From NCBI GenBank assembly GCA_003550645.1, contig PUKV01000149.1, positions 1 to 50,072 of the forward strand: a stretch of DNA of 50,072 bases. Direction: 5' to 3'. Position 1 is the stretch's first letter; each line of letters opens with the position of its first letter. The notes under the pieces were generated by a model that saw nothing but the letters and a program-made list of their open reading frames with translations, was not told the DNA's origin and ran no database searches. The translations under genes were made by a program, and so were the position numbers. This document shows positions 1 to 8,608 of this stretch, piece by piece. This stretch comes from Syntrophomonadaceae bacterium (GTDB taxonomy: Bacteria; Bacillota; Dethiobacteria; DTU022).

Positions 1-645
1 CTGTCAAGAATCCGTTTCATGACCTCCCATCCCAAGGATTTATCGCCTGAATTAATTGACGTAGTAGCCCGGGGCGAAAAAATATGCGAACATTTCCACC
101 TGCCGGCCCAGTCCGGCAGCAACAGGATCCTGGAAAAAATGAACCGCCGCTATACCCGCGAACAATACCTGGATTTAGTGCGGGAGATAAAAAAGGATAT
201 CCCCCAGGTATCAATCACTACTGATATTATAGTCGGTTATCCCGGGGAAAGGGAAAAAGATTTTGCCGCTACCCTGGACCTGTTAAAACAGGTCCGCTTC
301 GACAGCGCTTTCGCTTTTATCTATTCCCCCCGCCGGGGAACAAAGGCGGAAAAATTAACCGATACCACCACCTACAAAGAAAAAGAAAAGCGGCTGCAGG
401 AATTGAATAAAATCCAGCAGAAAATCAGCCTGGAAGAAAATGAACGCCTGGCAGGCACCTCCCTGGAAGTCATGGTTGAAGGCCCCAGCAAAAGCAACCC
501 GGAGTTGCAAACCGGCCGGACCAGGACCAACAAGCTGGTCCATTTTAAAGGCCCGGAAAGCCTGAGTGGTAAATTAACCAGGGTGCACATAACCGAAGCA
601 AGAACCTGGAACCTGTTTGGAGAGACGGAAGGAGAGCCGTATTGA
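1..645 (+). CDS. miaB: tRNA (i6A37) methylthiotransferase MiaB, C-terminal part; the 5' end lies outside the window
   Basis: The frame is open from base 1 (LSRIRFMTSHPKD...). It covers the radical-SAM C-terminal half and a TRAM-like end (GKLTRVHITEARTWNLFGE). Stop TGA is at 643-645. The gene sits directly upstream of mutS-mutL. Confidence 0.85.
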   Translation: MSRIRFMTSHPKDLSPELIDVVARGEKICEHFHLPAQSGSNRILEKMNRRYTREQYLDLVREIKKDIPQVSITTDIIVGYPGEREKDFAATLDLLKQVRFDSAFAFIYSPRRGTKAEKLTDTTTYKEKEKRLQELNKIQQKISLEENERLAGTSLEVMVEGPSKSNPELQTGRTRTNKLVHFKGPESLSGKLTRVHITEARTWNLFGETEGEPY

Positions 646-3272
646 ACCGGACCAGTCCGATGATGAAACAATACCAGGCTATTAAAGAACAGCATCCTGA
701 TAAGCTGCTCATGTTCCAGGTGGGCGATTTTTATGAGCTTTTTTTTGAAGATGCCCGGGTTGCAGCCAGGGAAATGGACATTGCCCTCACATCAAGAGAT
801 GCAGGCAGCGAGGATCCCATACCCCTGGCCGGGGTGCCCATCCATTCCGCCGAAGCATACCTGAACCGCCTGCTCGGCAAGGGCTATAAAATCGTTCTCT
901 GCGAGCAGGTAGAGGATGCAGGTCAGGCCAGGGGCCTGGTGAAACGCGAAATAACCCGCATTCTTACTCCCGGTACAATTACGGACCCGGAAATGCTGGA
1001 AGAAAGCCGCAATAACTACCTGGTCACGGTAGTTGACCGGGGCAGCGATTACTACGGTCTGGCCGCAGTGGATATCTCCACCGGCGATTTCCAGGTTACC
1101 GAACAAAAAGGGGAAGGAGCCTGGGAAAATATCGCCGATGAACTATACCGGCTCCAGCCCTCCGAACTGCTCTGCGGGTCGCCAGAAACTGAACAGCTTT
1201 GTCGCAAGCAGCTTGCTTTAAAGCAAGGCGGCCTGATTGAACAGCTAACATATATCCCGGAACAGCAAGATGCTAAAAAACTAATCCAGGGCCAGTGGGA
1301 TGATCATACCTGGGAAAACCTCGACCTTGAACAGTACCCGCTGGCCGCTTCAGCCGGTGCGGCTACGCTGGCCTACCTGCAGCTCCTGCAGCAGCTGCCG
1401 GTTGGCGATAAGCATTTCCGCCGCCTTAACCTTTACTTCACCAACCGCAACATGATTATCGACAATGTTACCAGCCGCAACCTGGAATTAACCCGGTCCC
1501 TGCGGGAAGGCGGCAAAAAGGGCAGCCTCCTGGACCTGATCGACCGCTGTGTGACGGCCATGGGCAGGCGCCTATTAAGACGCCGGCTTGAACTGCCCCT
1601 GATCAAGAAAAAAACAATCGAAAAAAGGCTTGATGCCGTGGAAGAACTGCTTCATAAACCGCTGCAAAGAAAAGAGCTGCGTAATTTACTTGCGGATGTC
1701 TTTGATTTGGAGCGGTTCTGCAGCCGTTTATCGTACCAGCGCATTAACGCCCGGGACCTGGCAGCCCTGAAAAAAACCCTGGCTCAAATCGAAATGCTGG
1801 AATATAAATGCAGAGAATTTGACGCACCGCTGCTTAAAGAGATCACAGGCAGCATTCCCGATTTTAAAGATCTGCACAGCCTGATCGATACAGCCCTGGT
1901 GGAAGACCCGCCGCTTTCATTAAAAGACGGAGGCCTGTTTAAAAGCGGTTATAATGAAGAAGTGGATCGCTTGAAAAATCTTTCCGAGGAAAGCAATACC
2001 CTGCTCCTCGATTTTGAAAAAAAGGAACGGGAACGTTCGAGAATAAAATCCCTGCGGATCGGCTACAACCGAAACTTTGGCTATTACATTGAGGTAACCA
2101 AAACAAACCTCAGCCTGGTCCCACCGGAGTACCACCGTAAACAAACCCTGGTCAATGCAGAACGGTTCACAACCGAGGAGCTGCAGCGGATGGAAGAGCA
2201 AATTACCGGGGCCCGCGAAAAGCAGGCCGCCCTGGAATATACATTATTCGAAGAATTGCGCAGCACAGTGGGAACTTACACCGAACAACTGCTCTCTGCT
2301 TCCCACAACCTGGCCCGCCTGGACTGCACCCAGGGCCTGGCTGAGGTGGCGGAGAGGCACGGTTATTGCCGCCCCGTGTTTTCCAGCGGCAAAAACATGA
2401 TCGTTAAACAAGCCCGCCACCCGGTGGTGGAGCAAACAGGATTTGAACGGTTTGTGCCCAATGATATTCACATGGACCGCAGCCAGTACCTGCTGGTTAT
2501 TACCGGACCTAACATGGCCGGAAAAAGCACCTATATTCGCAGTGCCGCTTTACTTTCCATCATGGCGCAAATGGGCAGTTTCGTTCCCGGCAGCGAAGCT
2601 AAACTGCCAGTTTTAGACCGGGTTTTTGCCCGGGTTGGAGCCAGCGATGATCTCAGCAGGGGCCAGAGCACCTTCATGGTCGAAATGCAGGAAACCGCAA
2701 GCATCCTTAAAGAGGCTACCCCGGACAGCCTGATCATTCTCGATGAAATCGGGAGAGGGACCAGCACCTACGACGGGATGAGCATAGCACGCAGTGTTTT
2801 AGAATATATCAGCAGCGATATTAAAGCCAAAACGCTCTTCTCAACTCACTATCACGAGCTGACCAACCTGGAAGGGGATTTGCCCGGGGTAAAAAATTAC
2901 ACCATCGCAGTTAAAGAAAAAGGCAGGCAGGTTATTTTCCTGAGGCAGCTAATTCCAGGAAAGGCGGATAAAAGCTACGGGATCAATGTGGCCCGCCTGG
3001 CCGGAGTACCCTTAGAAGTATTGATCAGGGCCGAGAAAATCCTTTACGAACTGGAGAATGCTGCTTCCACAGCAGGCGGGCACCAGTTAAGCCTGCTGCC
3101 GATGGTCTCCGAACCGGTTTCCGATTACAGCCGGGAACTGGATGTGGTTGAACAGCTGAAAGAAGTTGATGTAAACCGAATTACCCCTCTTGAAGCCCTG
3201 GAGAAGATTTACGAACTGCAAAAACAGCTCCTGGAATACGAGCGTGAAGATGCGGGAAAGGAGCCTGATTAA
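642..3272 (+). CDS. mutS: DNA mismatch repair protein MutS
   Basis: 876 aa. N-terminus TSPMMKQYQAIK...GDFYELFFEDA, Walker A GPNMAGKST, DEIGRGTSTYDG and THYHEL. The TTG start overlaps the miaB stop (TTGA). Confidence 0.95.
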   Translation: MNRTSPMMKQYQAIKEQHPDKLLMFQVGDFYELFFEDARVAAREMDIALTSRDAGSEDPIPLAGVPIHSAEAYLNRLLGKGYKIVLCEQVEDAGQARGLVKREITRILTPGTITDPEMLEESRNNYLVTVVDRGSDYYGLAAVDISTGDFQVTEQKGEGAWENIADELYRLQPSELLCGSPETEQLCRKQLALKQGGLIEQLTYIPEQQDAKKLIQGQWDDHTWENLDLEQYPLAASAGAATLAYLQLLQQLPVGDKHFRRLNLYFTNRNMIIDNVTSRNLELTRSLREGGKKGSLLDLIDRCVTAMGRRLLRRRLELPLIKKKTIEKRLDAVEELLHKPLQRKELRNLLADVFDLERFCSRLSYQRINARDLAALKKTLAQIEMLEYKCREFDAPLLKEITGSIPDFKDLHSLIDTALVEDPPLSLKDGGLFKSGYNEEVDRLKNLSEESNTLLLDFEKKERERSRIKSLRIGYNRNFGYYIEVTKTNLSLVPPEYHRKQTLVNAERFTTEELQRMEEQITGAREKQAALEYTLFEELRSTVGTYTEQLLSASHNLARLDCTQGLAEVAERHGYCRPVFSSGKNMIVKQARHPVVEQTGFERFVPNDIHMDRSQYLLVITGPNMAGKSTYIRSAALLSIMAQMGSFVPGSEAKLPVLDRVFARVGASDDLSRGQSTFMVEMQETASILKEATPDSLIILDEIGRGTSTYDGMSIARSVLEYISSDIKAKTLFSTHYHELTNLEGDLPGVKNYTIAVKEKGRQVIFLRQLIPGKADKSYGINVARLAGVPLEVLIRAEKILYELENAASTAGGHQLSLLPMVSEPVSDYSRELDVVEQLKEVDVNRITPLEALEKIYELQKQLLEYEREDAGKEPD

Positions 3273-3274
3273 TA

Positions 3275-5110
3275 ATGGCTATTAAAGTGCTCGACAAAAA
3301 TACGGCCGAACAAATTGCCGCCGGCGAAGTTATCGAAAACCCGGCTTCAGTAGTTAAAGAACTGGTGGAAAATGCCCTCGATGCAGGCGCCACCAGGGTG
3401 GATCTGGATATTGAAAATGGCGGCAAAAGCCTGATCTGCGTAACCGATAACGGTCAGGGCATTGAAGAAAAAGACCTGCCGCTGGCATTTAAGCGGTTTG
3501 CCACCAGCAAGATTACAGTGCTCGACGACCTGGAAAACCTGGCCAGCCTCGGTTTTCGTGGCGAGGCCCTGCCCAGCATTGGCGCCGTAGCCCGGGTCCG
3601 GCTGACTTCGAGGACTGAAACAGCCCTTTCCGGAACCAGGATTATAGTTGAGGGCGGTGAGATTATCGGGCAGGATGATACTGGTTCTCCAGTGGGAACC
3701 CGGGTTGAAGTCAGGGATTTATTCTACAACACCCCCGGCCGCCTTAAATTCCTGCGGGCCGACAATGTCGAAACTACCCGTATAAGCACCCTGGTTTCTG
3801 AACTGGCTCTCACCAATCCACAGGCAGCCTTTACTTTAAAGAGTGGAGGGAGGGTCCTGTTCAGTTCACCCGGGGACGGAGTTCTGCGCCACGTGATCGG
3901 CTCTTTGTACGGCAGCGAAACCGCCGAAACCATGATCGAAGTGGATCGCAAAGATATTAGTACCGGATATAATATAAACGGATTTATATCAGCACCCCAC
4001 ATGACCAGGTCGTCCCGGCGCTGGATTACACTGGTGATAAACGGACGCCTGGTCAAAGACGCCATGATTATAAACGCCCTGGAAAGGGGATATGAAGACC
4101 TGCTGCCCAGGCAGCGCCATCCCCTGGCTATCCTTAAATTGAGTGTTCCACCGGAAGTAATTGATGTGAACGTCCATCCGGCTAAAATTGAAATCCGCTT
4201 TCAGAAACCAGAAGTAATTAAAGGCCTGACCTTTAAAGCGGTCAAGATGGCCCTGCAGGGTACGCATAAGCACCCCGCATGGCCGGAGGCAGCTATACCG
4301 CCGGGCGCCCGTAATAGTGCGAGCACTACTGCTAAAAAAAGCAGCAATGAAGCCTGGAAGGCGGACCGTTTACCTGGCAAAACCGCGCCAGGAGACTACA
4401 GGGTAATCAACCGGAAAGCGGCTTTCCTGGAAGCATCGCCATTAGCTCCCGGCCCCAGCGGTAAGGCTCAAGATCCAGAACTAGATCAGGTTAAAGAAGA
4501 ACCGGCCCGATCCACGGGCGATTTGCACTTAATCGGCCAGTTCATGCAAAGCTACCTGGTGGCTCAGAGAGGAGAACAGCTCCTGCTCGTAGACCAGCAT
4601 GCCGCCCATGAAAGAATTCATTACAACCAGCTAAAAAACCACGATTATCACTCTTCCGGTACCAACAAAGCCCAGTTGACAATCCCGTTAGTCCTGGATC
4701 TCCCGCCGGCCTGGTGCGAACGCTTACCGCTGTTGCTGCCTCTGCTGGAGCAATCCGGTTTTAAACTTGAACAACTCGAGGAGAATAAATACCAGGTCCG
4801 GGCGGTGCCTTTTGCCTTTCGGGAAAATATCAGCAGGACTGAGGTTTACGACCTGATTGAAGACCTGGTCAAGGCTGAAAATGAACCGGACCGTGACCCC
4901 CGGGATACTATTTTAATTACCATAGCCTGCCATAAGTCAATTAAAGCCGGACAGGCCCTGTCCAGGGAGGAAATGGAACAGCTGCTCCGGCAGTGGGAAA
5001 AAACCCCCCAGGCCGGTTACTGTCCCCACGGACGCCCTACGGTGATCAGCTTTAACCGCAGTGACCTTGATAAAAGCTTTCACCGCAGCGGCAGGGGAAG
5101 AGAGGATTAA
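3275..5110 (+). CDS. mutL: DNA mismatch repair protein MutL
   Basis: 611 aa. GHKL ATPase motifs (ENPASVVKELVENALDAGA, DNGQGI, GFRGEAL) and a C-terminal dimerisation/endonuclease region (DQHAAHERI, ACHKSIKAG). Confidence 0.95.
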   Translation: MAIKVLDKNTAEQIAAGEVIENPASVVKELVENALDAGATRVDLDIENGGKSLICVTDNGQGIEEKDLPLAFKRFATSKITVLDDLENLASLGFRGEALPSIGAVARVRLTSRTETALSGTRIIVEGGEIIGQDDTGSPVGTRVEVRDLFYNTPGRLKFLRADNVETTRISTLVSELALTNPQAAFTLKSGGRVLFSSPGDGVLRHVIGSLYGSETAETMIEVDRKDISTGYNINGFISAPHMTRSSRRWITLVINGRLVKDAMIINALERGYEDLLPRQRHPLAILKLSVPPEVIDVNVHPAKIEIRFQKPEVIKGLTFKAVKMALQGTHKHPAWPEAAIPPGARNSASTTAKKSSNEAWKADRLPGKTAPGDYRVINRKAAFLEASPLAPGPSGKAQDPELDQVKEEPARSTGDLHLIGQFMQSYLVAQRGEQLLLVDQHAAHERIHYNQLKNHDYHSSGTNKAQLTIPLVLDLPPAWCERLPLLLPLLEQSGFKLEQLEENKYQVRAVPFAFRENISRTEVYDLIEDLVKAENEPDRDPRDTILITIACHKSIKAGQALSREEMEQLLRQWEKTPQAGYCPHGRPTVISFNRSDLDKSFHRSGRGRED

Positions 5111-5113
5111 AGC

Positions 5114-6106
5114 ATGCCTGTTAATCAAAACGATACAGAGCAGGAGCAGAAACGAAAGATCCCTCTGCTGGTCCTGGTTGGCCCTACTGCCGCCGGCAAA
5201 ACTGCCCTGGCAGTAAAAGTGGCCCGGCGGCTGCAAACTGATATAATCAGCGCCGATTCAGCTCAGGTTTACCGCTACCTGGATATTGGAACGGCCAAAC
5301 CCTCCGAAGAGGAAAAAAGAGCTGCCCCGCATCACTTAATTGACATCGTCGAACCCGACTGCTGCTTCAGTGCAGCCGATTACCAGCACCAGGCAGGAAA
5401 AATTATAAATAAACTCTGGCAGGAAAAAAAAATACCGTTCCTGGTTGGCGGAACCGGGCTCTACATCAACGCGGTCATCGAAGGCTATGCCTTTGGTCAA
5501 AAGGGGGCCAACCAGCAGATCCGGGATCATTATGAGCGGCTGGCCTCTGCAGAAGGGCTGGGAACCCTTTATGAAAAATTGCTAACCATCGATCCGGAAG
5601 CCGCCTCCAAGATTCACCCCAACGACAGGAAGCGTATTATCAGGGCCCTTGAAGTATATGACTTAGAAGGACGCCCGATATCGGAACAGGTTGCCAGAAC
5701 AGCAGGCAGTAAACGGCCCTATGACCCAGTCATCTTCGGACTGTACATGGATCGTGAAGTGTTATATGATAAAATTGAAAGAAGGGTTGATAAAATGCTG
5801 GAAGCGGGATGGCTTGATGAAGTCCGCCTCCTGCATGAAAAAGGTTACCATGAAAATCATCCCGGTTTGCAAATCCTGGGCTACCGGCAGCTGCTGGAAT
5901 ATCTCCAGGGGAGCAGCAGCTGGGAATATACAGTAAGAGAAATAAAAAAACAGACCCGCAACCTGGCCAAACGGCAGTTAACCTGGTTTCGCCGCTATAA
6001 AGATATTGAATGGTTAAAAATTACCGAACAAACAGATCTTGATAATTTAACAGAAAATATTTGCTTTAAAGTGAAGGATTTAACACCAGCCCGGGCGAAT
6101 AACTAA
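5114..6106 (+). CDS. miaA: tRNA dimethylallyltransferase
   Basis: 330 aa. P-loop GPTAAGKT and DSAQVYRYLDIGTAKP. Conserved position after mutL and before hfq. Confidence 0.93.
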   Translation: MPVNQNDTEQEQKRKIPLLVLVGPTAAGKTALAVKVARRLQTDIISADSAQVYRYLDIGTAKPSEEEKRAAPHHLIDIVEPDCCFSAADYQHQAGKIINKLWQEKKIPFLVGGTGLYINAVIEGYAFGQKGANQQIRDHYERLASAEGLGTLYEKLLTIDPEAASKIHPNDRKRIIRALEVYDLEGRPISEQVARTAGSKRPYDPVIFGLYMDREVLYDKIERRVDKMLEAGWLDEVRLLHEKGYHENHPGLQILGYRQLLEYLQGSSSWEYTVREIKKQTRNLAKRQLTWFRRYKDIEWLKITEQTDLDNLTENICFKVKDLTPARANN

Positions 6107-6154
6107 GAAAGAGCCTGGTTTTAGATAGAAAAAGAAAAGAAGGGAGCCCGATCT

Positions 6155-6460
6155 ATGAAAGGCGCAATCAATTTGCAGGATACTTTTTTAAACCAGATTC
6201 GTAAAGAGAACATGTTGAGCACTGTGTTTTTGATTAACGGCTACCAGATTAAAGGTGTTGTGCGTAGTTTTGACAGTTTCACCCTACTCCTCGAAGTAGA
6301 TGGCAAACAACAGCTGGTCTATAAGCATGCCGTATCAACTATCATACCGATGCGCAATATCAACCTCAGGCAAGAAGAAACCTCCGAAGAGAAGGAAAGT
6401 GCCGGGACAGGAGCAGTGGACGAAGGGATCCCTGGAGACGAGAATACTGCAATTAGTTAA
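6155..6460 (+). CDS. hfq: RNA chaperone Hfq with an extended acidic C-terminal tail
   Basis: Sm1/Sm2 core [12 protein letters not shown]...[23 protein letters not shown]...[23 protein letters not shown] lies upstream of the ATG. Confidence 0.93.
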   Translation: MKGAINLQDTFLNQIRKENMLSTVFLINGYQIKGVVRSFDSFTLLLEVDGKQQLVYKHAVSTIIPMRNINLRQEETSEEKESAGTGAVDEGIPGDENTAIS

Positions 6461-6486
6461 TCTTTCATAAAAGCACCGCTTTAGAA

Positions 6487-6515
6487 AAGGCACTGCCAGG
6501 CAAGTGTCTTTTCTT
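6487..6515 (+). terminator. Possible intrinsic terminator downstream of hfq
   Basis: 8-bp stem AAGGCACT / AGTGTCTT with one G-U pair, an 8-nt loop, then TTCTT. The 3' arm contains the GTG (6504) that opens the long hflX ORF. Confidence 0.4.
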
Positions 6516-7838
6516 GCAGATTGCCCCTGCCGCCCGTCAATCAGGAGCAGGACGGTATGGATTCAAGAGAGGTGTGAGGAACTGAGAGAACATGAAGAAA
6601 AAGCGATCCTGGTCGGGTTGGAAACTAATCGGCCCGGTGATGATATCGAGCGTTCCATGGAGGAGTTGGAACTCCTGGCTGAAACAGCAGGAGCGGAAGT
6701 AGGAGCCCGGGTTACCCAAAAGAGAGACGCCCCGGATCCGGACAACTATATTGGAAAAGGCAAAACTGAAGAGCTATCCGCCCTGGTCCAGATGCATGAT
6801 GCAGATATGGTTATTTTTAACGACGAGCTTTCTCCTTCGCAGATCAGGAACCTGGACCAGGTGATTGATGCCAAGGTAATCGACAGGACTAACCTGATCC
6901 TGGATATTTTCGCCCGGAGAGCCCTTTCAAGAGAGGGGAAGCTGCAGGTGGAACTGGCCCAGATGCACTACCTCCTGCCCCGGTTGATCGGCCTGGGTAA
7001 CCAGCTGTCTCGTCTTGGGGGCGGAATTGGGACCAGGGGCCCCGGTGAAACCCAGCTGGAAGTAGACAGGCGTGTTATCAGGAAGCGGATCACCGATCTG
7101 AAAAAAGAAATAAAATCCCTGCGCAAGCACCGTGCCCTGCACAGGCAGCGCCGGAAGCGCAACCGTCAGAATATTGTCAGCCTGGTCGGTTATACCAATG
7201 CCGGCAAATCAACCCTGCTCAACGCCCTGACCGGGGCCGACCTTTATACTGAAGACAAACTCTTTGCCACGCTCGATCCGACGGTCCGGCGCGGCCGGTT
7301 AAGCGGAGGCAAGGAAGTCCTATTTACCGACACCGTCGGTTTTATTGAAAAACTGCCTGAGCAGCTGATCACCGCCTTTCAGGCCACCCTCGAAGAACTG
7401 GTCGCCGCCGATATACTGCTGCATGTTGTGGATCTGAGCCATCCTGAGTACCTGAAGCAAATTGAAATTGTCCGCAGCCACCTGGCTGTCATTGATCCTG
7501 ACTACTACAAGCACGAACTCCTGGTTTTCAACAAGATCGACCTGGTAGACGACATTTCCGAAAAAAGTTTCCTGGAAAGAGAGTTTCCTTCAGCTTCATT
7601 TATATCTGCTTTGACCGGGGAGGGCCTGGAGGAGCTAAAAGAAAACATCGCTGATTACCTGAGTAACCAGCGGCGCAATTTAAAGCTGTATTTGCCGTAC
7701 AGCGAAGGTAAGCTCTACTCCGAGCTGCAGGATCACGGTGATGTGCAAAGTGTTGTGACCAGGCCAGATCACCTGGAAATAATCGTCGATGTTGATCCCG
7801 CACTGGCAAAAAAACTGGAGCCCTTTACCGGTTCATAA
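6504..7838 (+). CDS. hflX: GTPase HflX (start codon uncertain, see finding)
   Basis: HflX N-domain (KAILVGLE..., GKLQVELAQMHYLLPRL, GPGETQLEVDRR) and G domain (GYTNAGKSTL, DTVGF, NKID). The first roughly 30 codons of the ORF (CPCRPSIRSRT...) do not look protein-like. Confidence 0.9.
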   Translation: MSFLADCPCRPSIRSRTVWIQERCEELREHEEKAILVGLETNRPGDDIERSMEELELLAETAGAEVGARVTQKRDAPDPDNYIGKGKTEELSALVQMHDADMVIFNDELSPSQIRNLDQVIDAKVIDRTNLILDIFARRALSREGKLQVELAQMHYLLPRLIGLGNQLSRLGGGIGTRGPGETQLEVDRRVIRKRITDLKKEIKSLRKHRALHRQRRKRNRQNIVSLVGYTNAGKSTLLNALTGADLYTEDKLFATLDPTVRRGRLSGGKEVLFTDTVGFIEKLPEQLITAFQATLEELVAADILLHVVDLSHPEYLKQIEIVRSHLAVIDPDYYKHELLVFNKIDLVDDISEKSFLEREFPSASFISALTGEGLEELKENIADYLSNQRRNLKLYLPYSEGKLYSELQDHGDVQSVVTRPDHLEIIVDVDPALAKKLEPFTGS

Positions 7839-7886
7839 GAAGCTGTTATAATGCCGGGGCAGCCGGGCAGCGCTAATTATCCGGGG

Positions 7887-8507
7887 TTAAATCCGGCGGA
7901 ATAAGCCGATTACCTTGCCCAGGATCTCAACCTCACGGGCTGTGATCGGCTCAAAAGCCTCATTCTCAGGCTGCAAGCGGTAGCTGTTTTCTTCAATATA
8001 AATACGCTTAACTGTAGCTTCGTCTTCAATCAAAACCGCTGCAATTTCACCGTTTTCGGCATTATTCTGCTGCCTGACAACCACGTAATCGCCGTCATTA
8101 ATCCCGGCCCCGATCATGCTGTCACCTGCCACTCTCAAAACAAAACAGTTTTCATCGTTTGAGATTGTCGAAGGGATGGGAAAAAGGCCTTCTTTATTTT
8201 CTTCAGCCAGGATCGGTTGCCCGGCGGTGATTCTTCCAACGAGAGGAGCAAAAATACATTTTTCTTCCGGGTCGGCAATAACTTCCCCGTCAGCATTTTT
8301 AATCAGTTTAATTGCCCTTGGCTTGGTGGCCATCCTGGAAATGTACCCCTTGCTTTCCAGGGTGTCCAGGTGCCCGTGCACGGTTGCTGTAGAGCTTATA
8401 TTAAGCGCTTTACATATTTCCCGCACAGAGGGAGGATAATTCCAGCGTTTAACTTCCCGTTCAATGAATTCCATGACCCGTTTTTGCTTCTCCGTTAACG
8501 GTTCCAA
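7887..8507 (-). CDS. lexA: SOS repressor LexA
   Basis: 206 aa. N-terminal winged HTH, an Ala-Gly cleavage site (RITAGQP), and S24 peptidase Ser/Lys motifs (GDSMIGAGI..., TVKR). TTG start with RBS AAGGGTG. Confidence 0.95.
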   Translation of the reverse strand: MEPLTEKQKRVMEFIEREVKRWNYPPSVREICKALNISSTATVHGHLDTLESKGYISRMATKPRAIKLIKNADGEVIADPEEKCIFAPLVGRITAGQPILAEENKEGLFPIPSTISNDENCFVLRVAGDSMIGAGINDGDYVVVRQQNNAENGEIAAVLIEDEATVKRIYIEENSYRLQPENEAFEPITAREVEILGKVIGLFRRI

Positions 8508-8540
8508 AGAATCACCCTTTCAAGATGGAGTATGTTTTCG

Positions 8541-8581
8541 ATTATAGCATCATTTGTCTGAGAAAACAAACGATTGTTTGT
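8541..8581 (-). promoter_or_regulatory. Putative lexA promoter (TTGTTT-17-TATAAT) with an overlapping 16-bp palindrome as candidate LexA operator
   Basis: On the - strand the -10 TATAAT is at 8541-8546 and the -35 TTGTTT at 8564-8569. The perfect inverted repeat ACAAAC-N4-GTTTGT (8566-8581) resembles the Gram-positive CGAAC-N4-GTTCG box with one symmetric change. Confidence 0.35.
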
Positions 8582-8608
8582 GTTGGTTTTGGTCTTTATT
8601 CCGCAATT

